Source of the DNA: Podospora anserina
Taxonomy: Eukaryota
DNA length: 64,000 nucleotides
Reading direction: 5' to 3'
Assembly (NCBI GenBank): GCA_017654855.1
Contig: CM030332.1
Coordinates: 3,658,001 to 3,722,000, forward strand
The notes beneath the pieces were generated by a model. The model saw nothing but the letters and a program-made list of their open reading frames with translations, was not told the origin of the DNA and searched no databases. The first letter of the stretch is position 1, and each line of letters starts with the position of its first letter. Shown here one piece after another: positions 38,184 to 49,100 of this stretch. The translations under genes and the position numbers were made by a program.

Positions 38184-39873
38184 ATGGAACGTATTCTCGA
38201 CCGCAGCCTTGACGAGATCCTTGCCGACCGCAAGCAGGTATGTCCAACAGCCCTCCCCACCGCCGGTTGCTTGTTGACCGCCCCCCGGCATCCTGCATCA
38301 CAGGTGGTGCCGTGAAGGAAGATGCTGACGCGAGACTGCAGAACAACAGAGGAGGCAATCGGGGAAACCGCGGCGGCAACAGCAGCAATTCCCGGGACGG
38401 TCGTCCCCGTAGGCGCGACAACAACAACAACAACAACAACAACAACGACAATCGGTCGGATTATCCCAGGGATGGCGTAAGAAAGGTACGCTCGTTGCGA
38501 TTGTTTTTCCTCTCTACCCGTTTTTCTTTGAGTACGGTCTGTTGTCAAGTTTCTCGCAAAAAACACCATTTGCTTAAGCTCGTCGGGCGACCGCTATCTC
38601 TAGGTTGAATGAACCCTCTCCTCCCTTTCTCTCTTACCGCACCTCCGGGTCACTTCTCAGACTGTTCGACGCCGCCATTCAATCCACACAGACGATACTC
38701 CCTGATGTGTGTTGTGTGCGCTTCGATGCGGCCTCGGATCGGATCGGAATCGCGACCGGGGGGAATAGGTAACGCATTGGTTGAAACTTGCCGGCTAACA
38801 GCTCCCGTTTCTTGTGGGGGAGAAACAGTCCTTCAGAGACGAAGCGCCTCGCAACCTCGACACGTACGTATAGATATTTCGACCCATCGGCCCGGGTTAA
38901 AGACACAGGCCGGAAAATTGACGGATTCCGCAGCGAATGGGTTCATGACAGATATGAGGATCATGGTATGTTGGGTCGAGGATGAGGTTTGGGGGACGTG
39001 CTAACAATTGTTTGTAGGGAGCCGCCGATCTGCTCCGAGAAGACGAAACTCGAACGAGTACTCTGGGTATGGCAGGATACCATGGAGTGTTTTATTTTCA
39101 TGTACGGTAACTAACCGGGTTTCAGCGACTCGAGAGGCAGCAAGGTCCGTGTGGATAATATCCACTATGAGTTGACGCAAGAGGAGTTGGAGGTATGTCA
39201 AAACATTTTGGTGGACTGTTTCGGGATTCAAGCTCACCAGCATATGCAGGGACTCTTTTCCAGCATTGGCCCTCTCGTCAAGTTGGAGATGAAGTATGAC
39301 CGCGCCGGCCGCTCAGAGGGTACAGCGTTTGTCACGTACCAGTCATCCCACGACGCTGCACAGGCAATCAAGGAGTTTGACGGTGCCAACGCTGCCGGCC
39401 AGCCAATCCGCCTTACCATGATGCCTACGGGCCCAAGGCGCAACCCATTTGATACTGCGATCAACCCTCGCCCGCTTGCCGAGCGTATCACGGTCCCGAG
39501 CGGCAGATCCCGCTCGCTTTCGCCCCATCGCCAGTCTGATGAGGAGGCCGCTCGCAAGGGCATCGACAGATACCGACCTGGCGCCAGTCGTTCGCGCAGC
39601 CCTATGCCCCCGAGACGTCGTGAAGGAGGTGGAGGTGGCCGGAGACAGGGCGGGGGTGGCCGTCGGGAGCGTGGAGGTGGTAGACGTGACGACGGCGGGC
39701 GTGGCGGTGGTGAGAAGTCTGAGAGACGTCCAAAGAAGACCCAAGAGGAATTGGACGCCGAGATGGAGGATTACTTTGGCGGTGGTGGTGCTCAGCAGAA
39801 CGATGCGGCTCCTGCTGCGAATGGTGCGGCGGCTCAGCAGCAGACTGACGGGGACATTGACATGATTGAGTAG
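38184..39873 (+). CDS. YRA1: mRNA export adaptor, THO complex subunit 4 / Yra1 / ALYREF-like; 6 introns
   Basis: N-terminal UBM LDRSLDEI, WxHD motif (EWVHDRYED), RRM (VRVDNIHYELT...GRSEGTAFV), C-terminal UBM TQEELDAEMEDYF. Exons join in frame via GT-AG introns at 38238-38341, 38486-38828 and four further short introns. Confidence 0.88.
38418..38446 (+). repeat. (AAC)n microsatellite encoding poly-Asn in YRA1-like exon 2
   Basis: acaacaacaacaacaacaacaacaacaac, translating RDNNNNNNNNNDN. Confidence 0.85.
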
Positions 39874-40496
39874 ATCAGTCAGCGGGGGAATGATTGGTAC
39901 ACGGGATAGCATGGGGATGGGGTTTTATAATCATAAGCAACTAAAGCGAAGTATGGATATCGCTGCTTGTTGGTACGCGCCAGCTTTTTTTTTTTTTTTT
40001 TTGGCTGTTATTCTATAGGAACTCTACTCCTTTATCAAGCGTTGATGTTTTGCGTCTTGGGTTGCTGCTGAGGTGTGGTGTTATGTACGGCTCAAACTGC
40101 CAGAGTCATGGTGGTCGGTTCTGTACAGGATGTATGTTGTCAAAGGCCAAGTTATTATCATTCAACAGCACGGTTTTTGAAGTACATATAGGTGTACTAG
40201 ACGAACTTTGTTTTACTATGATCAATCCAAAAGTTCACTGGACTAGATATGCAGGCAGACTTGTAGACACGACGATACATTCTTGCCCGAGTTTTGAGTC
40301 GTAGCTGCCTTTTGCCCTAAGCATTGAGAACTGATGCAATGTGAGCACGCAACCGCGGGGTTGTTTGATTCTTTCCCGTCCGTCACTTACAAAGCCCTCC
40401 TCACTCACCAACCATCTAATATTTTCAGCCCTCAAGTTCCCTAAAACCGTCACTTTATGGAAGTCTAAAACATATTTCAAGTATCTGAATCCTCCA

Positions 40497-41521
40497 ATGG
40501 CAGACCTCCCCGACTTTGACGCCCTCCGGGGCAGGCACCTCGGCCTAATAGGGGTCATCTCCATGGGGGACATGGGAAGCGGGGTCGCACGGTTGCTGAT
40601 GGCGCATAATTATGCTGTGTTGACCAATGTTTCCGACAGGAGGTCTGTTCCTTCCCATTTTACGTGTCCTGTCCATACTGACACCTTCCCAGCGAGGACA
40701 CCAAATCCCGCGCGCTCTCCGCCGGCGCCGTCCTCCTCCCCTCTGACGAGTTACTAGTCGACCACTCGGACCTCATCCTGTCCATTGTCCCCCCTGCCGA
40801 AGCCTACTCGACCGCGGAGAGGGTGGTGAAAGCGTGGGATAGGAAGGAGACGGAGCTGGTTTATGCTGATTTGAATGCTGTCTCCCCTTCTACCCTGCTG
40901 TCCATCTCCTCCCTTTTCACTGGTGTCAAATTCATCGACGGCTCCATCCTCGGCGGCCCCCCCTCTTTTATTGGTGGCAGTTGGACGAAACCGATCATCC
41001 CCACCTCCGGCCCGTTTTCTCTCTCGGATATCTTCCCTGGCCTCGGTGAGGTCCTCGGGGAAAAACACATCTCCCCCGAACTAGGCCAGGCAAGCGGCCT
41101 GAAAATGGTCTTCGCCTCCTTATCAAAAGGTTACGCGGCCGTGGCACTTCAGTCAGTGACCACCGCTCACCAGTTGGGCGTCCTACCCGAACTATTGGAG
41201 TCGGTCAATGAACTCCAGGGTGAGGCAGCGGGGAAGAAACTGGAACAAGCTGTTACTGGGCTGGCTCCCAAGGCGGGCAGGTGGGTTAGGGAGATGGAGG
41301 AGATTGGAAAGACTCATAGGGAGAATGGAAATTGGGAAGAGTGGGAGGGGATTTTCGAGGCTGCGGCGAAGGTATATGAGCTTGTGGCGAAGGGGACGGT
41401 GTTGGGAGGGGAAAGGATTGGGAAGAGGGAAAGGGGGACGACGGTGGAGGGGGTTGCTGAGGCGGTGGGGGAGGGGTTGGGGAGGAGGAAGGAGAAGGAG
41501 GAAGGAGAAAGGGAGGTGTGA
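40497..41521 (+). CDS. NAD-binding 6-phosphogluconate/3-hydroxyacid dehydrogenase-like protein (DUF1932-type C-terminus); intron ~40643-40692
   Basis: Rossmann motif IGVISMGDMGSGVA, DLNAVSP, FIDGSILGGPP, ASGLKMVFASLSKG, KAGRWVREMEEI. Confidence 0.85.
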
Positions 41522-41738
41522 TATGGGCGAATGGACATGATGGGGGTGGTTCGATAGATGGCGGGGAGTTTGTCAAGTGCTCAAAGTTCAATCGACTACA
41601 AAAAACACTGCCTCGCTAATTTGAACTCCAGTTTCACAAACTGGTTTCTCTTCACATCCATGGGCATTGTTGGCAGACTCCATGTCTGTGTGGACTTGGG
41701 CAAAAAGAAAAACAAATGCTGGAAAATCAAACGCTGAT

Positions 41739-41809
41739 TGGCGGGCCAGGAGTCGAACCTGGGTCGTCGCTCAAACTTGGGAATGCAATAACCGCTATAC
41801 TACCACGCC
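41739..41809 (-). tRNA. tRNA-like element or tRNA pseudogene; isotype not assignable
   Basis: GGCGTGGTAGTATAGCGGTT...CCAGGTTCGACTCCTGGCCCGCCA: A box, canonical B box, perfect 5-bp T stem, 6-bp acceptor with bulge, downstream T4/T5 runs. The anticodon stem does not pair. Confidence 0.75.
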
Positions 41810-42017
41810 ACGGAAACTGGCTTTTGATTTCGGAATGCTAAAGGGCTGTCCAGTCTGGCCTGGGTTGTGCTAGGGCCAGAAGGGAAGACGTGGCGTTCCT
41901 GGAGCGGAGTCTCTTGAACTCTATCAAACGACGGACGGCTCTGGCCTGGCGCCACATGACGCGACCTCAAGGTTGAAGATGATATCGGTACAGTGTTGTC
42001 ACATTGCACTGGGCATG

Positions 42018-43736
42018 TTATTCCTCACTCGCGTGAGATACCACATAAGATTGTGGCGCGTCTAGCTTGGTCGTTATGGCGGCGTTCTCTTCCGAAGAGA
42101 TGTAGACACCCTCTGAAGAGACAGCACCAAAGAGGTCGGGGAAAGTCTCCACCTCCTCTGACGTCTTCCCGCCAGATGTTCCAATGGCAAAGGTAGGGCG
42201 GTCAGAAGGCCAGGCCAGCTTTAGCCTTGTCTTTTCTGTTGGGGGGATGGCCTCGGTGAAGAACTGGACGTAGGAGCCCGGCGTGACAATACCGCCGGTG
42301 GCATCCTCGCGCTTGAAAGACCGTATAAAGCTCTCCATGTCTTCGTGCTCTTCTCTTGCGTATCTTGTGTTTGGATCAAGTGACAGGAGGCCTTGCTTGA
42401 GACCCCAGCCGCCGCCGCCGCTGACTATTGACAAGAGTATCAGAGCCGTCAGTCGTGGCAGGAAAAGAGATAAAGACTTACGGATCTTGCGCAACTGGCA
42501 CCCGGCAGCTATTAGCCCGTCCATGGCCTGCGAGGTTTGATGTACCAAGTCCCACTCGCTAGATGGATCATAGTTCTGCACGTCAAGGGGGTTTGGGATG
42601 GGAAACTGATCGACGGCACCCTCGGGCATGATCAAGGCCCAGACGCCTACAGGCCCACTATACGTCAGCTCGTCCGACTCGGAGTGCTCCAGGCGCTTCT
42701 TGAGAAGTGCGGGAATGATCGCCTCAAGTTCCTTGGACGCCGGCTCTGGCTTGACCCCCACCTCGACCTGTCGAAGGATGTTTCCCAGGCCGGCAACAAT
42801 CTTGTGTGGGCGCGTGACTGGTACAAGTGCTGTGTACACGGTACTCGCCGAGGATTGATCGTACCCTGGAAGAAGGATAGTCTGTGTTGTCTTTTCGACA
42901 CTGGCCGCCATGCTCAGGCCTTTTCGGGCCGCAGCGGGATCATGGCGCCATTTGCTCGCAAAAAGAGCGTGGGACTTCCCGGTGGTAAAGATGGTATTGG
43001 CAAGAGGGACCGTGACCTGGAGAGGCTCTGCTTTTGGTTGGAGCCCAGGGAGACGGAGCTCGAGGAAGGACAGTTGCTGTGAAGGTGAGAAGGTCTGGTT
43101 GCTCCCGACTTCCCACAGACCGGGGAGCAACCGGGTAGAACTTCCGCGCAAAACAGACAAACCCTCGGAAGAACTTGGAGCGCCCTGAAACCGTGGAACT
43201 TCATCCACCGCCGCACTCAAGACGCTGAGCTCCCTCCCCGTCTCATCAGAGGTCGTAGCCTCGAGCAGCCCAGCCATAAACGCCTGATCCTCCAGCCAAG
43301 GGGCTAGTGACCTGGACACAAGAACCACAGCAGCGTCATCCGTCGACGAGACGCGCAAGCTCTGAGCAACAGCAGAAATGACTCTTTTCTGGAAAAGAGC
43401 GGTCGTGAGTGGTTAGCCCTGTTGTCCTTGTATCATCGGGCTTGCGTAATCGTAACTACTCACCTTCAACTCGGCTGTTGACATGGAGGAGGACAACTCT
43501 AATGAGCCAAGGCCAACAGTGACACACTTGTGCCTGGCCAGCAGGCTCTGTATCATCCGTCTTTGCTGACCGATATTATGACAGCCATGATGACTCTTGT
43601 GGCTGCTGCTGATGTGACTGTGGCCATGAGTGACAGAAACAACGCGTCGTCCAGGAAAAAACGACGACAGAGCCCTCCCCCCTATTACTCCCCCACCACA
43701 ACCCGCTACCCGTCGGAGAAAATTAGCCGGCAGCAT
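42018..43736 (-). CDS. Hypothetical protein with possible mitochondrial presequence; at least 2 introns (~43389-43463, ~42424-42481)
   Basis: 446-aa ORF with globular-looking motifs (LANTIFTTG, AGLGNILRQV, SGGGGWGLKQGLLSLDP). Upstream ATG exon MLPANFLRRVAG...; GTGAGT and GTAAGT donors with branch/acceptor signals. Confidence 0.7.
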
Positions 43737-44297
43737 TGTCCCTCACCGTACCATCTCTCACGGGCGTGATTCCACAGAATCGAGAGACAGAAAATAGACC
43801 GAAGGTGGTGGTGTGGTTCGATCGAGGTGGTGGTGGTCGTTCAACAAGAGAGCAGCACACAAAATGGTCACCAAAATCCCAGTTGATCATAGCTTCCATG
43901 CAGTACAACCCTAACCCTTTGTCAGCGAAGGGCAGAACCACTTACCACCGCTGCCCAGCCAGTGACATCATCTCTTCTTGACCAGCCAGCAATTGACGAT
44001 CCTGATCATATGCTCTCATGTTTTCCAAACAAAAGAGGCATATCACAATGTAAATTTTGTACTCACCGCGCAATTTAACTCCATGTTTTTGTCCTCACCG
44101 CCTCGAAATCAAGGCTCACTTGTGCCTTTGTGAAAGTGTAACTCAACACCACCATCTTTCACCCAAGAACCCAGCTATATAACCACCTATTCACTTCCCC
44201 CATCACCCACCTCTCCTTCCTCCCAGACATCATCTCATCAACTATCTTACTCAGCCTTGAATCTTTTAGCAACAAACCAACTCAAACAACTTTGAAA

Positions 44298-44570
44298 ATG
44301 GCAACCAACTCCTCCCGCGGCAACCCGATCGGCGCCCGCGACGGCCCCAAGACCTCCACCGGCGCAGAGGTGCCCCCGATCGGGGAGGACACGAAGCAAG
44401 ACCTCGCCGAGACCTCCACCGCCGAGGCCACCGGCGAGCACGTCCCCGGTCAGGATCCCACTGTCGAGGCTGGAACGACAGAAGAGGGGGCTGCTGCTGC
44501 TGCTGTTCCTGCTGAAGCTGCTGCGGAGGAGGGTGAGCAGGAGGAGACGAAGAGCAAGAAGAAGCATTGA
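44298..44570 (+). CDS. Small acidic, probably disordered protein (90 aa)
   Basis: ATG in AAAATGG context, coding-like C/G third positions, CTATATAA about 120 nt upstream, pyrimidine-rich leader. Confidence 0.65.
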   Translation: MATNSSRGNPIGARDGPKTSTGAEVPPIGEDTKQDLAETSTAEATGEHVPGQDPTVEAGTTEEGAAAAAVPAEAAAEEGEQEETKSKKKH

Positions 44571-45034
44571 GTTTTGTGGGAGGGGGCGGCGTTGGCAGGG
44601 GGGTTTGCAGGGGATGTGGAGATAAGGGGTGGTGGGGGATGATGATGATGATAGGGGGGACATTCGTTTAGTTTCTTGCTCCAAGTTTACTTTGCACTTG
44701 ATTTTGGGGAGGGAACTAACTGAATTGGAGTCACTCGTTCTGAAATCACTGTTTTATGATGAGATGTGGTGATGTTTGTTGTGTCGTAATATATTGTGTG
44801 TAAAAGACTTGATGCGGTGAGTGTCTGCTGAAACTTCTGAAAGATGATAATTGCTGATTGGCCGAGTCACGCAACATGCTGGTGTCTTCCACTAAATCTT
44901 ATGAACTCCAGATTTATATTACAATTCTTACTTCACATCCCTTACAATGACCAATAGCACCAGCTCTGTCTGCCACCCATGTCCTACTTACTTGTCAATA
45001 TCAAGAGTCAAACAGCACCTCATATATACCATTG

Positions 45035-45680
45035 AGCTGTAAGGTTGTGAGAAGAAAGCGCGATCATAAAACTGGGGACAGCTGTGATGTTGACGGCTGT
45101 GAAAGATGACTGTGAAAGAGATATACAGCTGTGAAAAATGACAGGTGTGAAAAGTGACCGAGGTGAAGAAATAGCTGTGAAAGTTAAACATGAAATAGAT
45201 TGATGGCTGTGAAAAAGAAGCTGCGAAAAAAGTAACTGTGAAAAAAAGTAGCTGTGAAAATGTGGTCGTGAAAATGGATAGCTGGGAAAATGGATATATG
45301 GGAAAATAGATAGCTGGGAAAAGATGTAAGTGTGAAAAGAGTAGGTGTGAAAAAGTAGCCGTGAGGAGTGGTTGTGAAAGAAACAGGTAGCTGTGAAATG
45401 ATTGCTGTGAAAAAAAACAACCGGGAAAAGTAGCTGTGAAATATAAGGTGTGAAAGAACAATGGCGATGAAGATATACCTGTGAAAAATTAGCCGTGAAA
45501 GAATAGCTGTGAAAAGTCCATGTTAAAATGTAGCTGTGAAAATACGGCTGTGAAATTGTAGGTGAGCAAATAAGTATAAAATAGTCGGATACCTTGCTGT
45601 GAAAGAGGAGTTGCAGAAAGGTAGTTATAATAGAGATAGCTGTGAAAAGAGATTGTGGGAGAGACAAGTAGCTGTCAAAA
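45035..45680 (+). repeat. Degenerate single-orientation array of (TA)GCTGTGAAA motifs with variable A-rich spacers
   Basis: By manual count 23 exact GTGAAA cores plus about 12 near-variants (GCTGGGAAA, GCTGCGAAA, GCTGTCAAA), spaced roughly 13-25 nt; no reverse-orientation copy seen. Confidence 0.9.
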
Positions 45681-46120
45681 CAACCTTTGACAACTACTTA
45701 AGAGTCAATCGTTGCATGTAGCCATGAAGCATTGAAGATATGAAGACACAGATTTTTTGTGAAATAGCAGTCCTCGTAGACAGCATCAAGATCTCCAAAC
45801 AACAGCTTGCCTTCAAATATCTCCTTCACTGGTCACAAGATTGGCTTTCGTCTTTCTCTTGATGTATGGGAGCATACGACTCCAACAAAGCACTCACTCA
45901 CCCAAAACCCACAGAAACAGTCATATCAAGTCCACATTAGTAGTCATTTCATTACCCTCCACCTTCCCTTTCCTATCCTACCTTGTACCCTGTCCTGTTA
46001 ACCAGCAACCCTCCTTCATTAAATAAACACAAAGAAGCCCCCCCTGCTATATGCCCTATCAAACGCATTCCCACATATCTACCCTTCATACCCCAACTGA
46101 TATATATCCCATCCCATCCA

Positions 46121-49100
46121 TCACATTACCACACACTTCTTATCCTTTTCCTTTCCCCCTTGCCCTTGACCCTGCCCCCTCTGCCAAGTAACATTATTCC
46201 CCTCAACATTCGTCCACGCAACCGTACTCATCGCATCCATCTCTTGCTTCTTCTTCCCCCTCCCCCTTCTACTCTTACTCCTAACCGTCATCCCACTCCA
46301 CCCCCTCTTCTTCGCATCAGCAATGTTCTTGGCCGCCGACCTCTCTGCTCTACTCGGCTTCCTATTCAGACTCGGCACCCTCCTCGCAAACCCACTCAAC
46401 CCCCCACCACTCGACGACCCCGGCACAGGGGGCGGATGATTCAAAAACTGATGATGATGTTGCTGCTGCTGCTGTTGCCCGTTATCTGACAAACTGAAAA
46501 TAGTATCCAACCTCTCCGGCACCTGCCGTGGCATAAGTATGGACGACTGCGTGACAGGCCTAGGATGCCTCGGCACCGGCGCCAAAATCGGCGTCTCCGC
46601 CCTTTGTTGAGTTGACGAAAACGACCCAGGCGCATCAAATGCCCCCTGAACCCCCTTTGGCGTCGAAATAATAAGCGGCATGTCCTCCTGAGGCTGCTGC
46701 TGAACCAAAGGCCCCGAGGTAACAATATCCGACGGCCTCCTCGGCTGGGGCTCATGAATCGTAGCGCGGGAGTGACACGATCGATGATACGGCGGTGAAC
46801 CGCCACCGCCTCCTCCCTGCAAGGGGAAAGAATAATGTTGCTGCTGTGATACAGGTCGTTGGTACGAGGTCCTCCTCCACGGCTGCTGAGGTTGCGGCAG
46901 ATGCTCATCCATAGTCATGGCAGGGTGGGCAGAATGTGGGCCTGCCACCGCCACGGGAGCACGCGGTGGCAGCTGAAAGTGGCCAGAGAACCGATGGTTA
47001 CCGTTCCCAAGATTCGAGATCTGATCGGGCCGGGGCAGAGGCGGGAACGACCGAGACATAGTACCGTCGGTCCCGTTGCCAGGAACAGGAGCCGAGTACG
47101 GGTAGCCGTCGGATACCGCAGTCGTGTTAATTGGTACTGGCTGCGTTGGCCAGGTCCTCGAGACGGACAAGCGTCTCACAGCTGGGGGTTCCTCCGACGC
47201 GACTACTGGTCGGTGACTCGGTGGCACCAACGAATTGGTGACCGACGAGGACGACGCCATAGTCGTCTCACTAGCCCCTGGAAGGCCCGTTTCTGGAGAA
47301 ACACGAGCAGCTTGGCCGGCAAAGGGGCTGGGACCGGAACCGGCAAAGTCCCCTTGACTGGCCGTGGGAGGTGACACAAACAACATGCTGGCTCGAACGG
47401 GTGGCGACGGATCGTTCTCTGCCGGGCTGCCACTAGGTTCTCGGGATACATGTTGCCTTACCGGTGCCAGAGCAGGCGAGTCTGGCGGTGAAACATCATA
47501 GATGTTGTCACCATCTAGGAAGCGTGAGCTGCTGGAACCTGGCCGCACAACGGGATTTTGCACCGAAAGCGACCCCGAGCTGCTGTTTCGTTCGTGAGAG
47601 GCCATGATTCGAGGAGGCGGCGGCAGTGGTGAGCCCATAATGCCTGCCGGGAGAGCCGGTACCGGCGGGATTATATCGAGCGATGGAAGTGGTGGGACAG
47701 GGGGAACGGGCGGGTTTGGCGAAGAATGACGATTATTGGTAGTGGTGGTGACAGTCTGGCTGCGACGGGGCTGGAACATAGAGGCTGACGACATGCGTGC
47801 AGCTTGCCTGTCTGCTGTGCCGACCTGTAGCTTGCCGTCATGGGTCTGAACACCGGCACCGGCAGCCAAAACGGCCGTGTGTCGAAGGAAAGCTGGGAGG
47901 TCGCCGGGGTCTTCTTTCTGGTACGGTGGTGGTGGAGGAACCCAGTTGTCCGCATCACTCTCATGGGGATGCTCAGCTCGACCATCAGCTCTGCGATATT
48001 CGACCGGTCCTGCGGCTGCTTGTTGTGGCTGCAACCGGCGGTTGTTGGCAGCGGCGGTAGCCGCACGGCGAAGAGTTGTCCCTGAGCGCGGATCTCCTTG
48101 GGAATAGGGCGCATCGAGTGCCTCTTGTTCTTCGAGCATAGATTCTGTCTCTCCGCCTTCATCGACTGTCGACGGTGGACCATTGCGGCGAGGTGGGACG
48201 GTACCTACTCGACGAGGAACCAAGGGGTCATCCTCATCTTCCTTTTGTGTTGAAGAGGAGGGCTGGGTAGGCAACGGTGGTGGGCGAGGAGCAGCAGTTG
48301 TTGCACTGCGCATGACAGTAGACACAGCCCTGCTGCCCCTTTTCTGAGCGACAGTCCTCCGACGAACGATGGCCACTTCGGTCTCCATATCACGATGCTC
48401 TTCCTCCAGCACTTCGGGCTCCCTCGTTCCTACGTCGATGGTAAACTCCTTGATAACCCCGTTGGTTACGCTGTAGTCGAAGTCGAGAAGAGTGATCCGG
48501 CCGCCATCTACAAAATCGATGCCCTCCTCGTCCGCGACAGAGATATTAGGCGTGACGCCACGGGCAGTGATTACCAACCGCTCTTTTATGCACGAGTCTG
48601 CAAAATCGGCCACGAACTTGACAGTGCTTACACCTTCGAGCTCAGCAATCTTGTATCCTCCCACAAACGTGTTGCGCAGTTTGTCGCATAGAATCTGCCA
48701 TTGGGGCACCCGAGCCTCATTCTCCTGAACTCGTGAAGCTGCCCGCATCGATGGACCGCTATTTCGTCGTAGAAGCCCACCATTGCCCGAGTTGTTCTCC
48801 GCAGCCGCACTGGTGGTATCCGGCACGGCGTCAAGGTCCTCAGGAACACCATACAGCCAGATATCCTTCCCCTGAAAGCCTGCCGAAACCAGCTCTCCAT
48901 AATAAGAGGCAGCCGGGAGTGTACATGGAATGAGCCTGGTCTGCGATTCGGTATTGGGAACTGGCCCTGTGAAATAGGTTGTGCCGTTCCTCAGATCGTC
49001 AATACGCACGGCCCGGAAGGTCTCGAAGCTACGGTCGTAGGTAAAAGTCCATGCTGCTTCCTCGTATTTCCCATTCTGTAACAAGACGGCGTGACTGCAA

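Noticed and set aside
44988-45667. 157- and 215-aa F/S/H/T-rich minus-strand ORFs over the motif array
   Set aside because: They start at non-ATG codons, and several frames are open simply because the TTTCACAGC composition is poor in stop codons.
45035-45680. CRISPR interpretation of the repeat-spacer pattern
   Set aside because: Cores are ~9 nt and degenerate, spacers are short and low-complexity, the context is eukaryotic and there are no cas genes.
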